A stretch of DNA of 64,000 nucleotides from Motiliproteus sp. MSK22-1 (GCF_001968815.1 NZ_MIEQ01000049.1:155757-219756), one strand, 5' to 3'. Shown: positions 9,928 to 20,372, counted from the first letter of the stretch. Translations and numbers: made by a program. Notes: generated by a model from the sequence alone, not told the origin.

Positions 9928-11265
9928 TCAAAGTTTGATTTCAATATAGGCCTGGGATTTTATTTCGCGCAGCCAGTTCGCCAGTTCTTCAGTGAACTTA
10001 CGCTTGCGAATAGTTTCGCGAGCTTCATTTGCAAGAATACGCTCACCTAAATCTTCTTGCTTGCGCTCAAGAACCTGCAGGATATGCCAGCCAAACTGGC
10101 TTTTGAACACCGGGCTTATGCTGCCGATGGGAGTGTCATTCATGACGTTCTCAAATACCGGTACCATCTGCCCTGGTAGCGTCCAACCTAAGTCTCCGCC
10201 GAGACTCCCGCTACCTGAATCATCGCTGTGTTCTTTGGCTAATTGGGCAAAGTCTTCGCCGTCAATAATCCGCTTTCGCAAAGACCTAATGAATTCTTCA
10301 CTTTCCTTATCATTTCGAATCTGATTGCTACTGATCAGGATGTGGCGCACTCGCGCCTGGTCAACCATTCGAACGCTTCCGCCCCTGCTGTCAACGACCT
10401 TGACGATCTGGAAAGCACCGCCCATTCTGAATGGTTGGGTTAACTGTCCTTTCTCTACATTCTTTAATGCATTACGAATTGCTTCCGGTAATTCTGATTG
10501 TTTTCGCCAACCGAGATCGCCCCCTTCCAAGGCTCTGGGGCTGCTGGAGACGGCGATAGAGGTCTCGGCAAAATCGGCCCCGGCTTCCAGAGACTTGTAG
10601 GTCTTATCTGCGACACGTTTAGCCGCAATTAACTGGTCTGCCGTCGGGCTGCTTGGAATTGGTATCATGATATGTGCCAAGTGAAGTTCTGACTGGGTTT
10701 TTTGCTGGCCCTGCTCTGAAGCCAGAAAGTTTTTGATTTCCTGATCAGATACTTTAATTCGGCTGTTGACGATTCGTTCCCTGACTTGCGTAATGATCAT
10801 TTCCGTACGGATCTGATTTCTCACTTCCCGGTAAACCTGTCCTTCTGCCTCGAGCTGTTGTTTAAATTGGGCAAGCGTCAAGGCGTTGCTTTTAGCGATC
10901 TTTTCCATGGTTCGGTCAAGAGCTTGATCCGTGACCCTGATACCATTTTCTTCAGCACGAGCTATTTGTAACTGGTCGCCGATCAGTTTATCAAGTACCT
11001 GCTTCGCCAAGGTCTTATCATCGGGTAAGCGGGTGTTGCGGGCGATCAGCTGTTGCTTGATTGCCTCGGTCCGACGCCGTAGCTCAGACAGCATGATGAT
11101 ATCCTTGCCGACAACGGCAACGATGCGATCAAGAAACTGCTCTTCCGCTACCGCTGAATGAGTTGTTGGTAGCAGCAGGCCTGCACAAAGCAGTATGTTC
11201 GCGGCAAGGGAGAGCAACCGTTTATTGATCAGCAGTCGACTGGTAATGGGGGTGGACCTATTCAT
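9928..11265 (-). CDS. surA: periplasmic chaperone/peptidyl-prolyl isomerase SurA
   Basis: Signal peptide starting MNRSTPITSRLL...AVA, then the SurA N-domain and two parvulin domains. Start 11265 chosen at the Met preceding the signal peptide; it lies 7 nt before the lptD stop. Confidence 0.9.
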   Translation of the reverse strand: MNRSTPITSRLLINKRLLSLAANILLCAGLLLPTTHSAVAEEQFLDRIVAVVGKDIIMLSELRRRTEAIKQQLIARNTRLPDDKTLAKQVLDKLIGDQLQIARAEENGIRVTDQALDRTMEKIAKSNALTLAQFKQQLEAEGQVYREVRNQIRTEMIITQVRERIVNSRIKVSDQEIKNFLASEQGQQKTQSELHLAHIMIPIPSSPTADQLIAAKRVADKTYKSLEAGADFAETSIAVSSSPRALEGGDLGWRKQSELPEAIRNALKNVEKGQLTQPFRMGGAFQIVKVVDSRGGSVRMVDQARVRHILISSNQIRNDKESEEFIRSLRKRIIDGEDFAQLAKEHSDDSGSGSLGGDLGWTLPGQMVPVFENVMNDTPIGSISPVFKSQFGWHILQVLERKQEDLGERILANEARETIRKRKFTEELANWLREIKSQAYIEIKL

Positions 11266-14128
11266 GATTTTCACGCTCTTCGAATCCGCTAATATCTTCC
11301 AGGAAGTTCTTTGCTTTCGGACCGGAGTCACCGGCAGCTCTTGTACCAAAGGTTCCCAGTCCCTTAAGAGTAAACTGCAAAAAAACGCCGTTGTTGTTTC
11401 GGTCCGATGTGTCGTCGTCTATCCAGGACCGATAAACAGTTCTGATTCGCCAGCAGCAGTTTTCATATTCAAGACCCAGAATCTTATCCAGTGACTCGCT
11501 GTTCTCAAAATCGTTCAGCCAGCGGCCCAGTATGCTCCAGCGCGCGTTAATGGGCCACATAAAGGAAATGTCGGTCTGCTCTATGCTGTCCCGGGTAAAG
11601 CGATAGTTAAAATTGAATTGATGATCAACGTCAGACCGATAGCTGAGTTTGACATTTCGCTGGGTGTTGTCCAGATCATCCTGATCCCACTCCCCGTCAA
11701 CGGTAAAGCGAAGGTCCTTGCTAACGCGCCAGACGGCCTCTGCGGCAATATCTGAGGTACTATCAGTAAGAATCGGGTCACTTGAACTCAGTCGTACTTC
11801 CCTGTCTTCAAAATAAAATATCTGACCTACGCTGGCATGGAATAATTCCTGGCCGTTATCTTCAAGGAATCTTGTTGTTAGACCAAGCGTCAGTTGATTG
11901 GTATCCCCTATACGGTCCAAGCCGCTGAATCGGTTGTCTCGAAAGAGCTGGTTGTAGCTGAATGTCAGCTCGGAAGAGTCAAAATCAGGCAGTCCTGTTT
12001 GATCTTTATTGGGTACATAAAGGTAATAGATGCGAGGTTCCAGGGTATGGGTATAGGTCTTACCCTTATAGTCTGTATCCCGATCCAGGTAAAATCCGCT
12101 ATCAACACTGAATAAAGGAAGTGTTCGACTGGGTGACTCTTCGTTGCCCGCAGGTTGGTTACTAAGCTGATAAGCAGTATGGGTCAGGCGCAGCTTGGGG
12201 CGTACATAAGCCCAGGGCCAGTTATATTCGGTACCTATGCTGGCGTCAAAATGGGCGCGACCGCCTGTGGTTGCATCGTTCCCGGTAAAGGCTGATGAGT
12301 CTCGTTCAAATTGGGTGTAGTCAGCAAAATAATTCAGATCAATATCATTGTCCAGAAAGCGGCTGCTGTTGCCTGAGTCGCTATCGGTGTTGTTCAGTTC
12401 AAAAATAGAACCCTCAATACTCTTTTGTCCGCTGAAGCGCAGTTGTGGCAACTTCTGGTAGGGTTTGCTGGCGGCTTCATCGACCGTCTGATAACTCTGA
12501 ATCTTTGAATCGAATCGCCAGTCCCCTGCATCGTAGCTGAGAGCCGCTACCTGGTCCAAATGGGTATCTTTGGAAATATTCAGGCTGGTATCCAGTTCAT
12601 CAAAATAGTCGTTGTCACTGACGGCGGTAAAATCAATAGTACTGCGCCATTTTTCTGCCGGACTGCCATTGTGATCAATACCCAGTAACCAACGATCTTC
12701 GTTGTTGCGCAGCTCATCGCCAGGCAATAGCGCCAGGTTAAGATCGAACTGACCAACGTCATGCAGATAGCGGAACTCGTTTTCCAGCATTAGGCCGCGG
12801 TTTTCAATATAGCGGGGGGTCAGTGTCAGGTCGTAATGAGGGGCCAGATCAAAATAATAAGGCGCAGCGAGATCAAATCCGTTGTCGTTTGAGTGGCCGA
12901 TACTCGGTGTCAGGAATCCCGATTTCCGGCGATCGTCTATCGGAAAGTGAATATATGGCAGATAGACGATTGGTACACCCGAAATTTCTAAAGTTGCATT
13001 CTTGGCGACGCCGTAGCCTTCATTTTTATAGAGCACAATTTCACCGCCGTTAAGGGTCCAGCTGTCATTGCCCGGCTCACAGCGGGTGTACTGTCCTTCG
13101 GTGATGTAAGTGTCGCCATTATCGTGCTGGACAACGCGTGCCGCGCTGCCGCGCAGGTGTCTTTTTTGAAGGACAAACTGGGCATCTTCCAGAATCGTCT
13201 GGCCCTGAGCCTGGTCAAAAATAGCCTTATTGCCAAGAATCAAAGTTCCCGGCTGGCGAAATTGTACTGATCCCTGAAGTTCGGCTCGCTCATTTTCATG
13301 ATCCAGATGAGCGACTTCTCCCCTGATTTGACTATTGCCTTTACGAAGGTAAACACTGCCTTCCAGAGTTGACATGTTACCGCCCTGGGTGCGGGTCTTG
13401 TCTGCCTTGACGTAAATGGGCTGTTCTTTGCCAATCAGCTCTTCTTCCGAGAACAACTGTGCAGGTTCAATATAAGCGCCAGTACAGTGAGTCGATGGGT
13501 CAGGCCCATCTGCAAATGCATACCAGTCCAGATAAGCGTAGTTGCCCGGCGCTGCATAGATGTTTTGTTCGTCCTGCAGGTTTTCATTGTCAGCCCATTG
13601 GCGATTAGCTTGAACTACATTGCTTTGGCATTCCCACTGATCACCCGCAGCCTGGCACTCATAAGCAGAAACCGATCGAGATGTGGTTGCAAACTCTGGC
13701 CCGTTGCGGTGAGGTAATTTCTGCTCGGAATCGCTAAACGAGGGAATAGGGGAAGGGCCACCAGTGCCTGTCTGAACTGTCTCTGAGGCAGCGGGTTTGG
13801 TTGTCGACTCTGGCGCAACTTTGTCCATGTTTTGCTGAGTGGTTGCTGAAGATTCAGAGCGGCTGGTTGAAATCTCTTGTTTTTCAGTTTTGGCTTCTAT
13901 TGCAGATGCGGGAATGGTCTGGTCAGGATCGACACGGGATTTTTCCGCTGGCTGGGACTGGTCAGTCTTCTGCTCGCTTGCACCACATTCCCATTGCTGA
14001 CCATCGTCAACCGATACGCAGTTCCAGAGCATGGGCTCATTTGCATCGGCGGCGAAGATCACCGGGGAAACCGGCAGGCACAGGGCGGTGAGACTGCCTA
14101 ACATTAGCAATCGGTTTCGAGTCGTCAA
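11258..14128 (-). CDS. lptD: LPS-assembly outer-membrane protein LptD (Pseudomonas-type with long N-terminal insert)
   Basis: 956 aa. Signal peptide, then a ~230-aa low-complexity Ser/Thr/Glu-rich insert, then the OstA N-domain and C-terminal beta-barrel (…FLQFTLKGLG). Position next to surA is conserved. Confidence 0.9.
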   Translation of the reverse strand: MTTRNRLLMLGSLTALCLPVSPVIFAADANEPMLWNCVSVDDGQQWECGASEQKTDQSQPAEKSRVDPDQTIPASAIEAKTEKQEISTSRSESSATTQQNMDKVAPESTTKPAASETVQTGTGGPSPIPSFSDSEQKLPHRNGPEFATTSRSVSAYECQAAGDQWECQSNVVQANRQWADNENLQDEQNIYAAPGNYAYLDWYAFADGPDPSTHCTGAYIEPAQLFSEEELIGKEQPIYVKADKTRTQGGNMSTLEGSVYLRKGNSQIRGEVAHLDHENERAELQGSVQFRQPGTLILGNKAIFDQAQGQTILEDAQFVLQKRHLRGSAARVVQHDNGDTYITEGQYTRCEPGNDSWTLNGGEIVLYKNEGYGVAKNATLEISGVPIVYLPYIHFPIDDRRKSGFLTPSIGHSNDNGFDLAAPYYFDLAPHYDLTLTPRYIENRGLMLENEFRYLHDVGQFDLNLALLPGDELRNNEDRWLLGIDHNGSPAEKWRSTIDFTAVSDNDYFDELDTSLNISKDTHLDQVAALSYDAGDWRFDSKIQSYQTVDEAASKPYQKLPQLRFSGQKSIEGSIFELNNTDSDSGNSSRFLDNDIDLNYFADYTQFERDSSAFTGNDATTGGRAHFDASIGTEYNWPWAYVRPKLRLTHTAYQLSNQPAGNEESPSRTLPLFSVDSGFYLDRDTDYKGKTYTHTLEPRIYYLYVPNKDQTGLPDFDSSELTFSYNQLFRDNRFSGLDRIGDTNQLTLGLTTRFLEDNGQELFHASVGQIFYFEDREVRLSSSDPILTDSTSDIAAEAVWRVSKDLRFTVDGEWDQDDLDNTQRNVKLSYRSDVDHQFNFNYRFTRDSIEQTDISFMWPINARWSILGRWLNDFENSESLDKILGLEYENCCWRIRTVYRSWIDDDTSDRNNNGVFLQFTLKGLGTFGTRAAGDSGPKAKNFLEDISGFEERENHE

Positions 14129-14371
14129 TCTATATCCCGTTGAAGTTTTAGACTGTGTCGAATTTGTATATTTAGTCGATAGCGGTTTCAGAATTTATAG
14201 CCGTTTTCAAGAAGCTCACCGAGCTTAGTTAAATATAAGAGCAGCGATGCTGCCATTTACGCTGCTGTTGCTCCTAAAGTAAGATGCGCATCTGGTCGCG
14301 AATGATATAGCATCCGGTGGCGCTAGGGCTAGCCCGAATGCAGACTGATTTGTCAGTGATGAGAGAGATTA

Positions 14372-15445
14372 ATGGATATACGCCTGATCGCGTTAAAAGA
14401 TTGGATAGTTAGACGTTTTCAACAACTGGAGTTGGGGTTGGCAGACGATTGGCAGTTAACTCCATTATGTGGGGATGCAAGCTATCGACGTTACTTCCGG
14501 TTAGTCAGTGATGATAACAGCTGGATTGTTATGGATGCGCCCCCTGAAGGAGGGGATAGCGGCAGCTTTGTCAAGATAGCCTCTGGATGGCGCTCCCTGG
14601 GGATAACCCTGCCGAAGGTGCTGGCTGCAGATGTGGAGCAAGGGTTTCTCCTCTTGAATGATCTGGGCAATTTGCACTATCTGGATTGTCTGGATGATGA
14701 TAATGCCGATGATCTGTATAACCAGGCTATTGATGAGTTGGTTAAGATCCAGGGGTGTCAATCAATCCCTGAATATAGGCTGCCTGATTACGATCGTGAG
14801 TTTATCCTGAGGGAATTGGCTATTTTCCCTGAATGGTTTATTGATCAGCTTCTGGGGTTGGAACTATCTGCAGGTGAGCAACAGTGTTTTATCGAGATGT
14901 CCGGGTTATTGGTCGATTCAGCGTTGGAGCAGCCTCGGGTTTGTATGCATCGAGATTATCACAGCCGCAACCTGATGTTGGTGGACGGGGGGAAGCTTGG
15001 CATTATTGATTTTCAGGATGCAGTATTAGGACCTGTCAGCTACGATCTGGTATCGCTGTTACGAGACTGTTATATCGAATGGCCGCAAGCGAAGATCGAG
15101 CGTTGGATTCGACTCTATCTTGCCAAGGCTGATTCAGCCGGGATACTCAGTGTTGCTCTCTCAGACGATCTCAGGACTGTTGATGAAAGACAGTTTTTGC
15201 GCTGGTTTGATTTGATGGGAATGCAGCGTCATTTAAAGGCAGTTGGTATCTTTGCACGACTAAAAATCCGAGATGGAAAAGGCGGCTATATGGCTGATAT
15301 TCCCAGGACGCTTAATTATATTCTGCAAGTGTGTTCAAACTACCCGGAACTAGAACCTTTTTATCAGCTGTTGAGTGAACGGATAATCCCCAGGGCAAAA
15401 GCAAATGCTTATCTGGATACCAGTGCTTTGGAGCGACTGGAATGA
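14372..15445 (+). CDS. amgK: anomeric N-acetylmuramate/N-acetylglucosamine kinase (AmgK-like aminoglycoside-phosphotransferase fold)
   Basis: GDASYRRYFRL...MDAPPE...HRDYHSRNLM is the APH-fold kinase pattern. Divergent from lptD and overlaps murU (ATGA), as at the Pseudomonas amgK-murU locus. Confidence 0.8.
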   Translation: MDIRLIALKDWIVRRFQQLELGLADDWQLTPLCGDASYRRYFRLVSDDNSWIVMDAPPEGGDSGSFVKIASGWRSLGITLPKVLAADVEQGFLLLNDLGNLHYLDCLDDDNADDLYNQAIDELVKIQGCQSIPEYRLPDYDREFILRELAIFPEWFIDQLLGLELSAGEQQCFIEMSGLLVDSALEQPRVCMHRDYHSRNLMLVDGGKLGIIDFQDAVLGPVSYDLVSLLRDCYIEWPQAKIERWIRLYLAKADSAGILSVALSDDLRTVDERQFLRWFDLMGMQRHLKAVGIFARLKIRDGKGGYMADIPRTLNYILQVCSNYPELEPFYQLLSERIIPRAKANAYLDTSALERLE

Positions 15446-16113
15446 AGGTGATGATTCTGGCTGCTGGTTTAGGGACGCGAATGCGCCCATTGACTGACAA
15501 TTGCCCCAAGCCGCTGCTTAAGGTGGCCGGTAAACCCCTGATTCAGCATCATATCGAACGATTGGCAGAGTGCGGTTTCAGGCAGATAGTTATTAATCTG
15601 GCCTATCGAGGGGAGCAGATAAGAAGGTTTTTGGGAACGGGGTCTCAGTGGGGAGTTGAAATCAGCTATTCCATGGAGGAACCTGCACTTGAAACAGGAG
15701 GAGGGGTTTTTAACGCTTTACCGCTGCTTGGGCCTCGCGGGGAATCGTTTGTGGTTGTCAATGGTGACGTCTGGAGTGATTTCGATTACTCCTCGCTAGC
15801 GGAACTGCAGAATGATCTGGCTCATCTGGTGATGGTTGATAACCCAACTCACAATGTTGAAGGAGATTTCTCGCTTGGGGATGGGCGGATAGGCGACGAT
15901 AAGACAGGGCTTCGCTTAACCTTCAGCGGTATCAGTGTGTTACGTGGTCAGTTATTTGAGGGAGAAAAGGCTGGAGCCTTTTCACTGGTTCCTCTGTTTC
16001 GTAAAGCGATAGCGGCCAAGCAAGTGAGTGGGAACCATTTTAAAGGGAAGTGGGTGGATGTTGGCACACCGGAACGCCTGCAACTATTGGAAACGTATCT
16101 GGACAATCCGTAG
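15442..16113 (+). CDS. murU: N-acetylmuramate alpha-1-phosphate uridylyltransferase
   Basis: MKVMILAAGLGTRMRPLTDNCPKPLL is the nucleotidyltransferase G-rich motif. Translationally coupled to amgK. Confidence 0.8.
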   Translation: MKVMILAAGLGTRMRPLTDNCPKPLLKVAGKPLIQHHIERLAECGFRQIVINLAYRGEQIRRFLGTGSQWGVEISYSMEEPALETGGGVFNALPLLGPRGESFVVVNGDVWSDFDYSSLAELQNDLAHLVMVDNPTHNVEGDFSLGDGRIGDDKTGLRLTFSGISVLRGQLFEGEKAGAFSLVPLFRKAIAAKQVSGNHFKGKWVDVGTPERLQLLETYLDNP

Positions 16114-16208
16114 CAATAATCCGCGGCCATTAAATCGATAGGCAGTGAATCAGTAAGTTTGGGGCAGGGATGCATCAAAGAGGATTAACGAGTGAGAGAG
16201 GTTAAAGG

Positions 16209-17054
16209 GTGAGCGAAAGCGAGGTGAAGGGCCGGAAGTTAGGGGCAACTGTCTATCGGTATCGCACGGGAATTGTCATTGGAGGGTTGTTTGGATTGAT
16301 GACAGGAGGACTGCCGGGGTTATTGTTTGGTGGTTTTATTGGATTTATGTTGCAACGTGCTTTGGCAGCCAAGGTAATGGCAGCTCTTAACCCTCAGAAA
16401 CTTTTTTTTGAGGCAACGTTCTCGGTTATGGGGAAAGTGGCGAAAGCTGATGGCCGGGTAACAGAGCAGGAAATTACCTATGCCCGCGAAGTAATGAACC
16501 GAATGAATTTGTCGGAGGAGAAACGTCGCGAAGCTATCAGTCTGTTTTCAAAGGGCAAGGAGGCTGATTACGATATAGGTTCTACGTTGGCTCCGCTGGC
16601 CCGTTTGATCCGTTTTCGTCCTGAAGTGAAGCAAATGTTTGTAGAAATTCAGTTGCAGGCCGCTTTTGCCGATGGGCAGGTGAGTCAGGCGGAATTGATG
16701 GTTGTTCAGGACGTTTGCTCAACATTACAGATCAGCTATCAAGACTTACAGCAAATACTCCATCGTTGTCGGGCTGAGCAAGCCTTTAATCAGCAGTCTT
16801 ATTATGGTCATCAGGCAGGGCATGTTAATGAGGCCGAATTGCTTAAGGAAGCTTATGGTGTGCTGGGTGTTGATGAAAATGTCGAGGACGCGGAGCTAAA
16901 ACGAGCCTATCGTAAGCTGATGAGCCAACATCACCCTGACAAGCTGATTGCTAAGGGGTTACCTGAAGAAATGATGCAGTTGGCGAAGGAAAAAACCCAA
17001 GAGCTTCAGGCAGCATATGATCGAATCCGGGAATATCGAAAGCGTAATCGCTAG
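16209..17054 (+). CDS. djlA: co-chaperone DjlA (membrane DnaJ-like protein)
   Basis: Gly-rich N-terminal TM, TerB-like middle domain, and a C-terminal J domain with HPD (EAYGVLGV...HHPDKL). The start may be the GTG at 16209 or an internal Met. Confidence 0.82.
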   Translation: MSESEVKGRKLGATVYRYRTGIVIGGLFGLMTGGLPGLLFGGFIGFMLQRALAAKVMAALNPQKLFFEATFSVMGKVAKADGRVTEQEITYAREVMNRMNLSEEKRREAISLFSKGKEADYDIGSTLAPLARLIRFRPEVKQMFVEIQLQAAFADGQVSQAELMVVQDVCSTLQISYQDLQQILHRCRAEQAFNQQSYYGHQAGHVNEAELLKEAYGVLGVDENVEDAELKRAYRKLMSQHHPDKLIAKGLPEEMMQLAKEKTQELQAAYDRIREYRKRNR

Positions 17055-17140
17055 GTAACGGTTTCTAAGGAACGATGATTAAGTCGATTGTGTTCTCCGT
17101 GGGTTCCAGAGCCCACTGGAAATGCTAATCTGACGATCGG

Positions 17141-18169
17141 TTATTGGCCTGGAGCTTGTTCCGGAGTCTCAGGCTTTTTCTTCAGAGGTTGCATGTCCTT
17201 CAGGTGTTTTTCGAACAGGCCGCGAAAACTACTCAGCAGTCGTTTTTCTTCTTGACCGGCGGCTGCCGGTGTCGGTGGCAGCCTGAGCTGGATGTACCTT
17301 TTTTGAGGTTTACGGCGAATCTCATTAATCCGCAAACGGGCTAGTTTTTCTACCCGTGTACGATGCAGGCCTGTGCCATGAAACAGGTCCATGGTAGGAA
17401 TTGATAATTTTGTTATAAGGGTTCTCAGTGGTGGTTCTACGTTCCCAGAAGGCGGGAGAGCATCAATCATCGCCAGATTCAATGACCGCTGAGTTCCCGC
17501 TTGAACAGCATAACGGCTTGACCAGTATGCTCCGGAGCCTACGCCGATCAGAATGAATCGCTTTGCTTCTTTGGATTCCAAGTGTGCCAGCCCCGATTCT
17601 ATTCGCTCAAATATGCTTTCCGCAAAGCTGTCGTAATCGACCGGTGGTGCCGTGCCTTCGGCGTTATTTGTGCGAGTCGGTAGAGGTGGCATAGGCTCCT
17701 CGGGAACGGCAATCGATAAGGTTTTCCAACCCTGATCAGGAAGCCTGGTTCTAAGCGCATGAATCAGGTGAGGCCAATCAGGACTGGTACGATCATGATG
17801 CAGAATAATCGCCCCGCCGACCGGTTTGGGATCGTTTGCGGGTTGATACAGGCCAAGAAAAGACTCTTTTTGAGTTTCCAGCCATAGGGGCTCTGTCTCT
17901 GGTGATTGTGCTTTGGCCAGAAGTGCCAAGCTTTGCTGCTCTGGTTGAGGTAACAGTCGCGTGTTTGTATCAGCGGGGGGCGTTGAAGCGGGTTGCGATG
18001 GCTCTTGAGTCGATTGTTGTGCTGTTGCAAAGCCGGTTGCCAGCAAAGTAGCTATCAGTATCCAAAGTAATGGAAAGCCTTTTCTTAAGGACGGCTCTTT
18101 GAGGTGGTAGGCAGATTCCTGCTGTCCAGGGAGATCTTTTGCGGTAAGAAAACCTTTAGCGTTATTCAT
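17141..18169 (-). CDS. hypothetical secreted protein, Pro/Gln-rich N-region plus alpha/beta-hydrolase-like core (DUF3530-like)
   Basis: 342-aa ORF with a hydrophobic signal/anchor, low-complexity PQ-rich linker and a GxGxG-type core (ILIGVGSGAYW). Function is not recognised. Confidence 0.5.
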   Translation of the reverse strand: MNNAKGFLTAKDLPGQQESAYHLKEPSLRKGFPLLWILIATLLATGFATAQQSTQEPSQPASTPPADTNTRLLPQPEQQSLALLAKAQSPETEPLWLETQKESFLGLYQPANDPKPVGGAIILHHDRTSPDWPHLIHALRTRLPDQGWKTLSIAVPEEPMPPLPTRTNNAEGTAPPVDYDSFAESIFERIESGLAHLESKEAKRFILIGVGSGAYWSSRYAVQAGTQRSLNLAMIDALPPSGNVEPPLRTLITKLSIPTMDLFHGTGLHRTRVEKLARLRINEIRRKPQKRYIQLRLPPTPAAAGQEEKRLLSSFRGLFEKHLKDMQPLKKKPETPEQAPGQ

Positions 18170-18313
18170 AGCTGGATTATACTCTGCCCCGGTTTTTAGT
18201 CAGTACTTTTTCAGTGCTTGGCACTATCTGTTTTTCAGCGCCGGGCATTCATAAATGTGGTTGTGTGAATATAAAGTGTATTTTTTTAATATTAAGCCTC
18301 AGACGACGGAGTC

Positions 18314-19396
18314 ATGGCAAGAATGATTGAAAGATGGGTTTTAAGTGGGCTGTTGATCATTTGCAGTTGCGCATCCGCTGAAGAGCCGTCAGTCACTGAT
18401 TTGGTGTCTGGCTTGGGCAGGGGGACTCTGAATTTGTATTTTGAGAATGACCTTTTTGCCGAAACCGATCAAAACTACACCAATGGTATTCGGGTTTCAT
18501 TAATTTCTCCGGACCTGGAAAACTTCCAACAGGAATTTATTGATAATCGGCAGATTCAGCAGCTTTTTGATGTGATGAACCCATTATTGGAACAATTTCA
18601 TCCAGAGATTCCAGGTGAAATAACGGATGAAACGGCAAAGAACAGCCGTCGAATTGTACTGAGCCTGGGTCAGACTATTTACACCCCGGAAACCAGCGAA
18701 GCCAGTGAGTTGCTTGAGGATGAGCGCCCCTATGCTGGCTGGTTGTTTCTGGGGGTGGCTTACCATGCCCGGAACCGGAATCGACTTAGGACAGTCGGTG
18801 TCAATTTCGGTATGGTCGGTCCTGCTGCTCTGGGTCAGGAGGCTCAGGATTTGATTCATGAATTGAGAGGCTTTTCTAAATTTCAAGGCTGGGATAATCA
18901 GTTGAAGAATGAGCCGGGAGTTCAGCTGCTTTACGAATATAAAAACAAACTGATCGACAATACTGAAGGGTTTGGTTACGACCTGATCAGTCATTACGGT
19001 GGCAGCCTCGGAAACATTGCAACCTATGCTAACGTTGGTGCAGAAATTCGAGCTGGTTGGAATATTCCTGATGATTTTGGAACTTCTGCCTTACGGCCGG
19101 GGGGGGATAACAGTGCTCCGGATGGGGAGCCGCGATCAGGCTTAGGGTTTCACCTGTTTGCCTCCTCTGATATTCGATTGGTCGCCCGTGACATTTTTCT
19201 TGATGGAAATACCTTCCGTGACAGCCACAGTGTTTCCAAGGAGCCTGTTGTTGCTGATGTGGCGCTGGGTGCCAGTTTAGTTTACGACAGTTTTAAACTT
19301 TCTTTTGCCCAGGTCATCCGTAGTAAAGGATTCAGGGGACAGAAAGGTAACCACAACTATGGTTCCCTTTCGTTATCCTGGAACTTTACTCTCTGA
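18314..19396 (+). CDS. outer-membrane beta-barrel protein, LpxR/DUF2219-like (putative lipid A deacylase family)
   Basis: Signal peptide, N-terminal LYFENDLF...TDQNYTNGIRVS motif, C-terminal aromatic residue (…WNFTL). The family assignment is from motif memory only. Confidence 0.45.
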   Translation: MARMIERWVLSGLLIICSCASAEEPSVTDLVSGLGRGTLNLYFENDLFAETDQNYTNGIRVSLISPDLENFQQEFIDNRQIQQLFDVMNPLLEQFHPEIPGEITDETAKNSRRIVLSLGQTIYTPETSEASELLEDERPYAGWLFLGVAYHARNRNRLRTVGVNFGMVGPAALGQEAQDLIHELRGFSKFQGWDNQLKNEPGVQLLYEYKNKLIDNTEGFGYDLISHYGGSLGNIATYANVGAEIRAGWNIPDDFGTSALRPGGDNSAPDGEPRSGLGFHLFASSDIRLVARDIFLDGNTFRDSHSVSKEPVVADVALGASLVYDSFKLSFAQVIRSKGFRGQKGNHNYGSLSLSWNFTL

Positions 19397-19461
19397 GAAA
19401 CAGGTAATAGCGGTGATTGACAGGGGGAGAGGGGAAGTCTCTTTATCCTTTTGAAGCTGTG

Positions 19462-19503
19462 GACTATTGAACCCGCTGACTATTGAAACTGTCGACTATA
19501 GTT
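19462..19503 (+). repeat. three direct repeats GACTATTGAA / GACTATTGAA / GACTATAGTT at 16-bp spacing, upstream of rpe
   Basis: Read directly. They sit immediately upstream of a TATAGAAT -10-like element (19518-19525), about 30 nt before the rpe ATG. Confidence 0.5.
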
Positions 19504-19557
19504 GCGTTCCAGGATGGTATAGAATGCTTTTTTTGTGTCTCTAATCGGGATTTATCC

Positions 19558-20226
19558 ATGAGCCAATTCTTAATCGCCCCTTCAATTTTGTCTGCTGATT
19601 TTGCCCGTTTGGGTGAAGAAGTTGAACAGGTTCTGGCAGCGGGTGCGGATGTCGTGCACTTTGATGTAATGGATAATCATTATGTGCCGAATCTAACCAT
19701 CGGTCCTATGGTCTGCAAAGCACTGCGGAACCACGGAATTAAAGCTCCCATTGATGTACACCTGATGGTTAAACCGGTTGATCGCATGATTGGTGACTTT
19801 ATCGAAGCGGGTGCCAGCTATATTACTTTTCATCCCGAGGCGACCGAACATATAGACAGAAGCTTGCAGTTAATTCGTGACGGTGGCTGTAAATCCGGGC
19901 TGGTCTTTAACCCGGCAACGCCACTGCATGCGCTTGAACATGTCTTGGACAGGATCGATATGGTGTTACTTATGTCGGTCAATCCGGGGTTTGGTGGGCA
20001 GAAATTCATTCCCCAGACTCTGAAGAAGTTGCAGCAGGCGAGAAAGATCATCGATGACAGTGGTCTTGATATACGTCTGGAGATAGACGGTGGTGTCGGT
20101 ATTAACAATGTCGGAGAGATTGCCGCTGCGGGAGCCGATACCTTTGTTGCAGGATCTGCGATTTTTAATACAGATGACTATGCCGCTACTATTGCCCGGA
20201 TGCGTGCTGAACTGGCAAAAATCTGA
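19558..20226 (+). CDS. rpe: ribulose-phosphate 3-epimerase
   Basis: [22 protein letters not shown]...HFDVMDNH is the Rpe signature. ATG at 19558 verified; the ORF-track start at 19483 is an extension. Confidence 0.93.
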   Translation: MSQFLIAPSILSADFARLGEEVEQVLAAGADVVHFDVMDNHYVPNLTIGPMVCKALRNHGIKAPIDVHLMVKPVDRMIGDFIEAGASYITFHPEATEHIDRSLQLIRDGGCKSGLVFNPATPLHALEHVLDRIDMVLLMSVNPGFGGQKFIPQTLKKLQQARKIIDDSGLDIRLEIDGGVGINNVGEIAAAGADTFVAGSAIFNTDDYAATIARMRAELAKI

Positions 20227-20372
20227 TTAAAAAAACAGGCCTGTATTTTGGCTTGATCAGCGTTATAGCAATGTTTGAATTCAGTCAGAGTGTTTGAAAC
20301 AGCAATGCTCTGATTAACAGTGCTTGGGTATTGGTATTCAGGCGAGGTTATTAAGACATAAGGGTATTTGAT

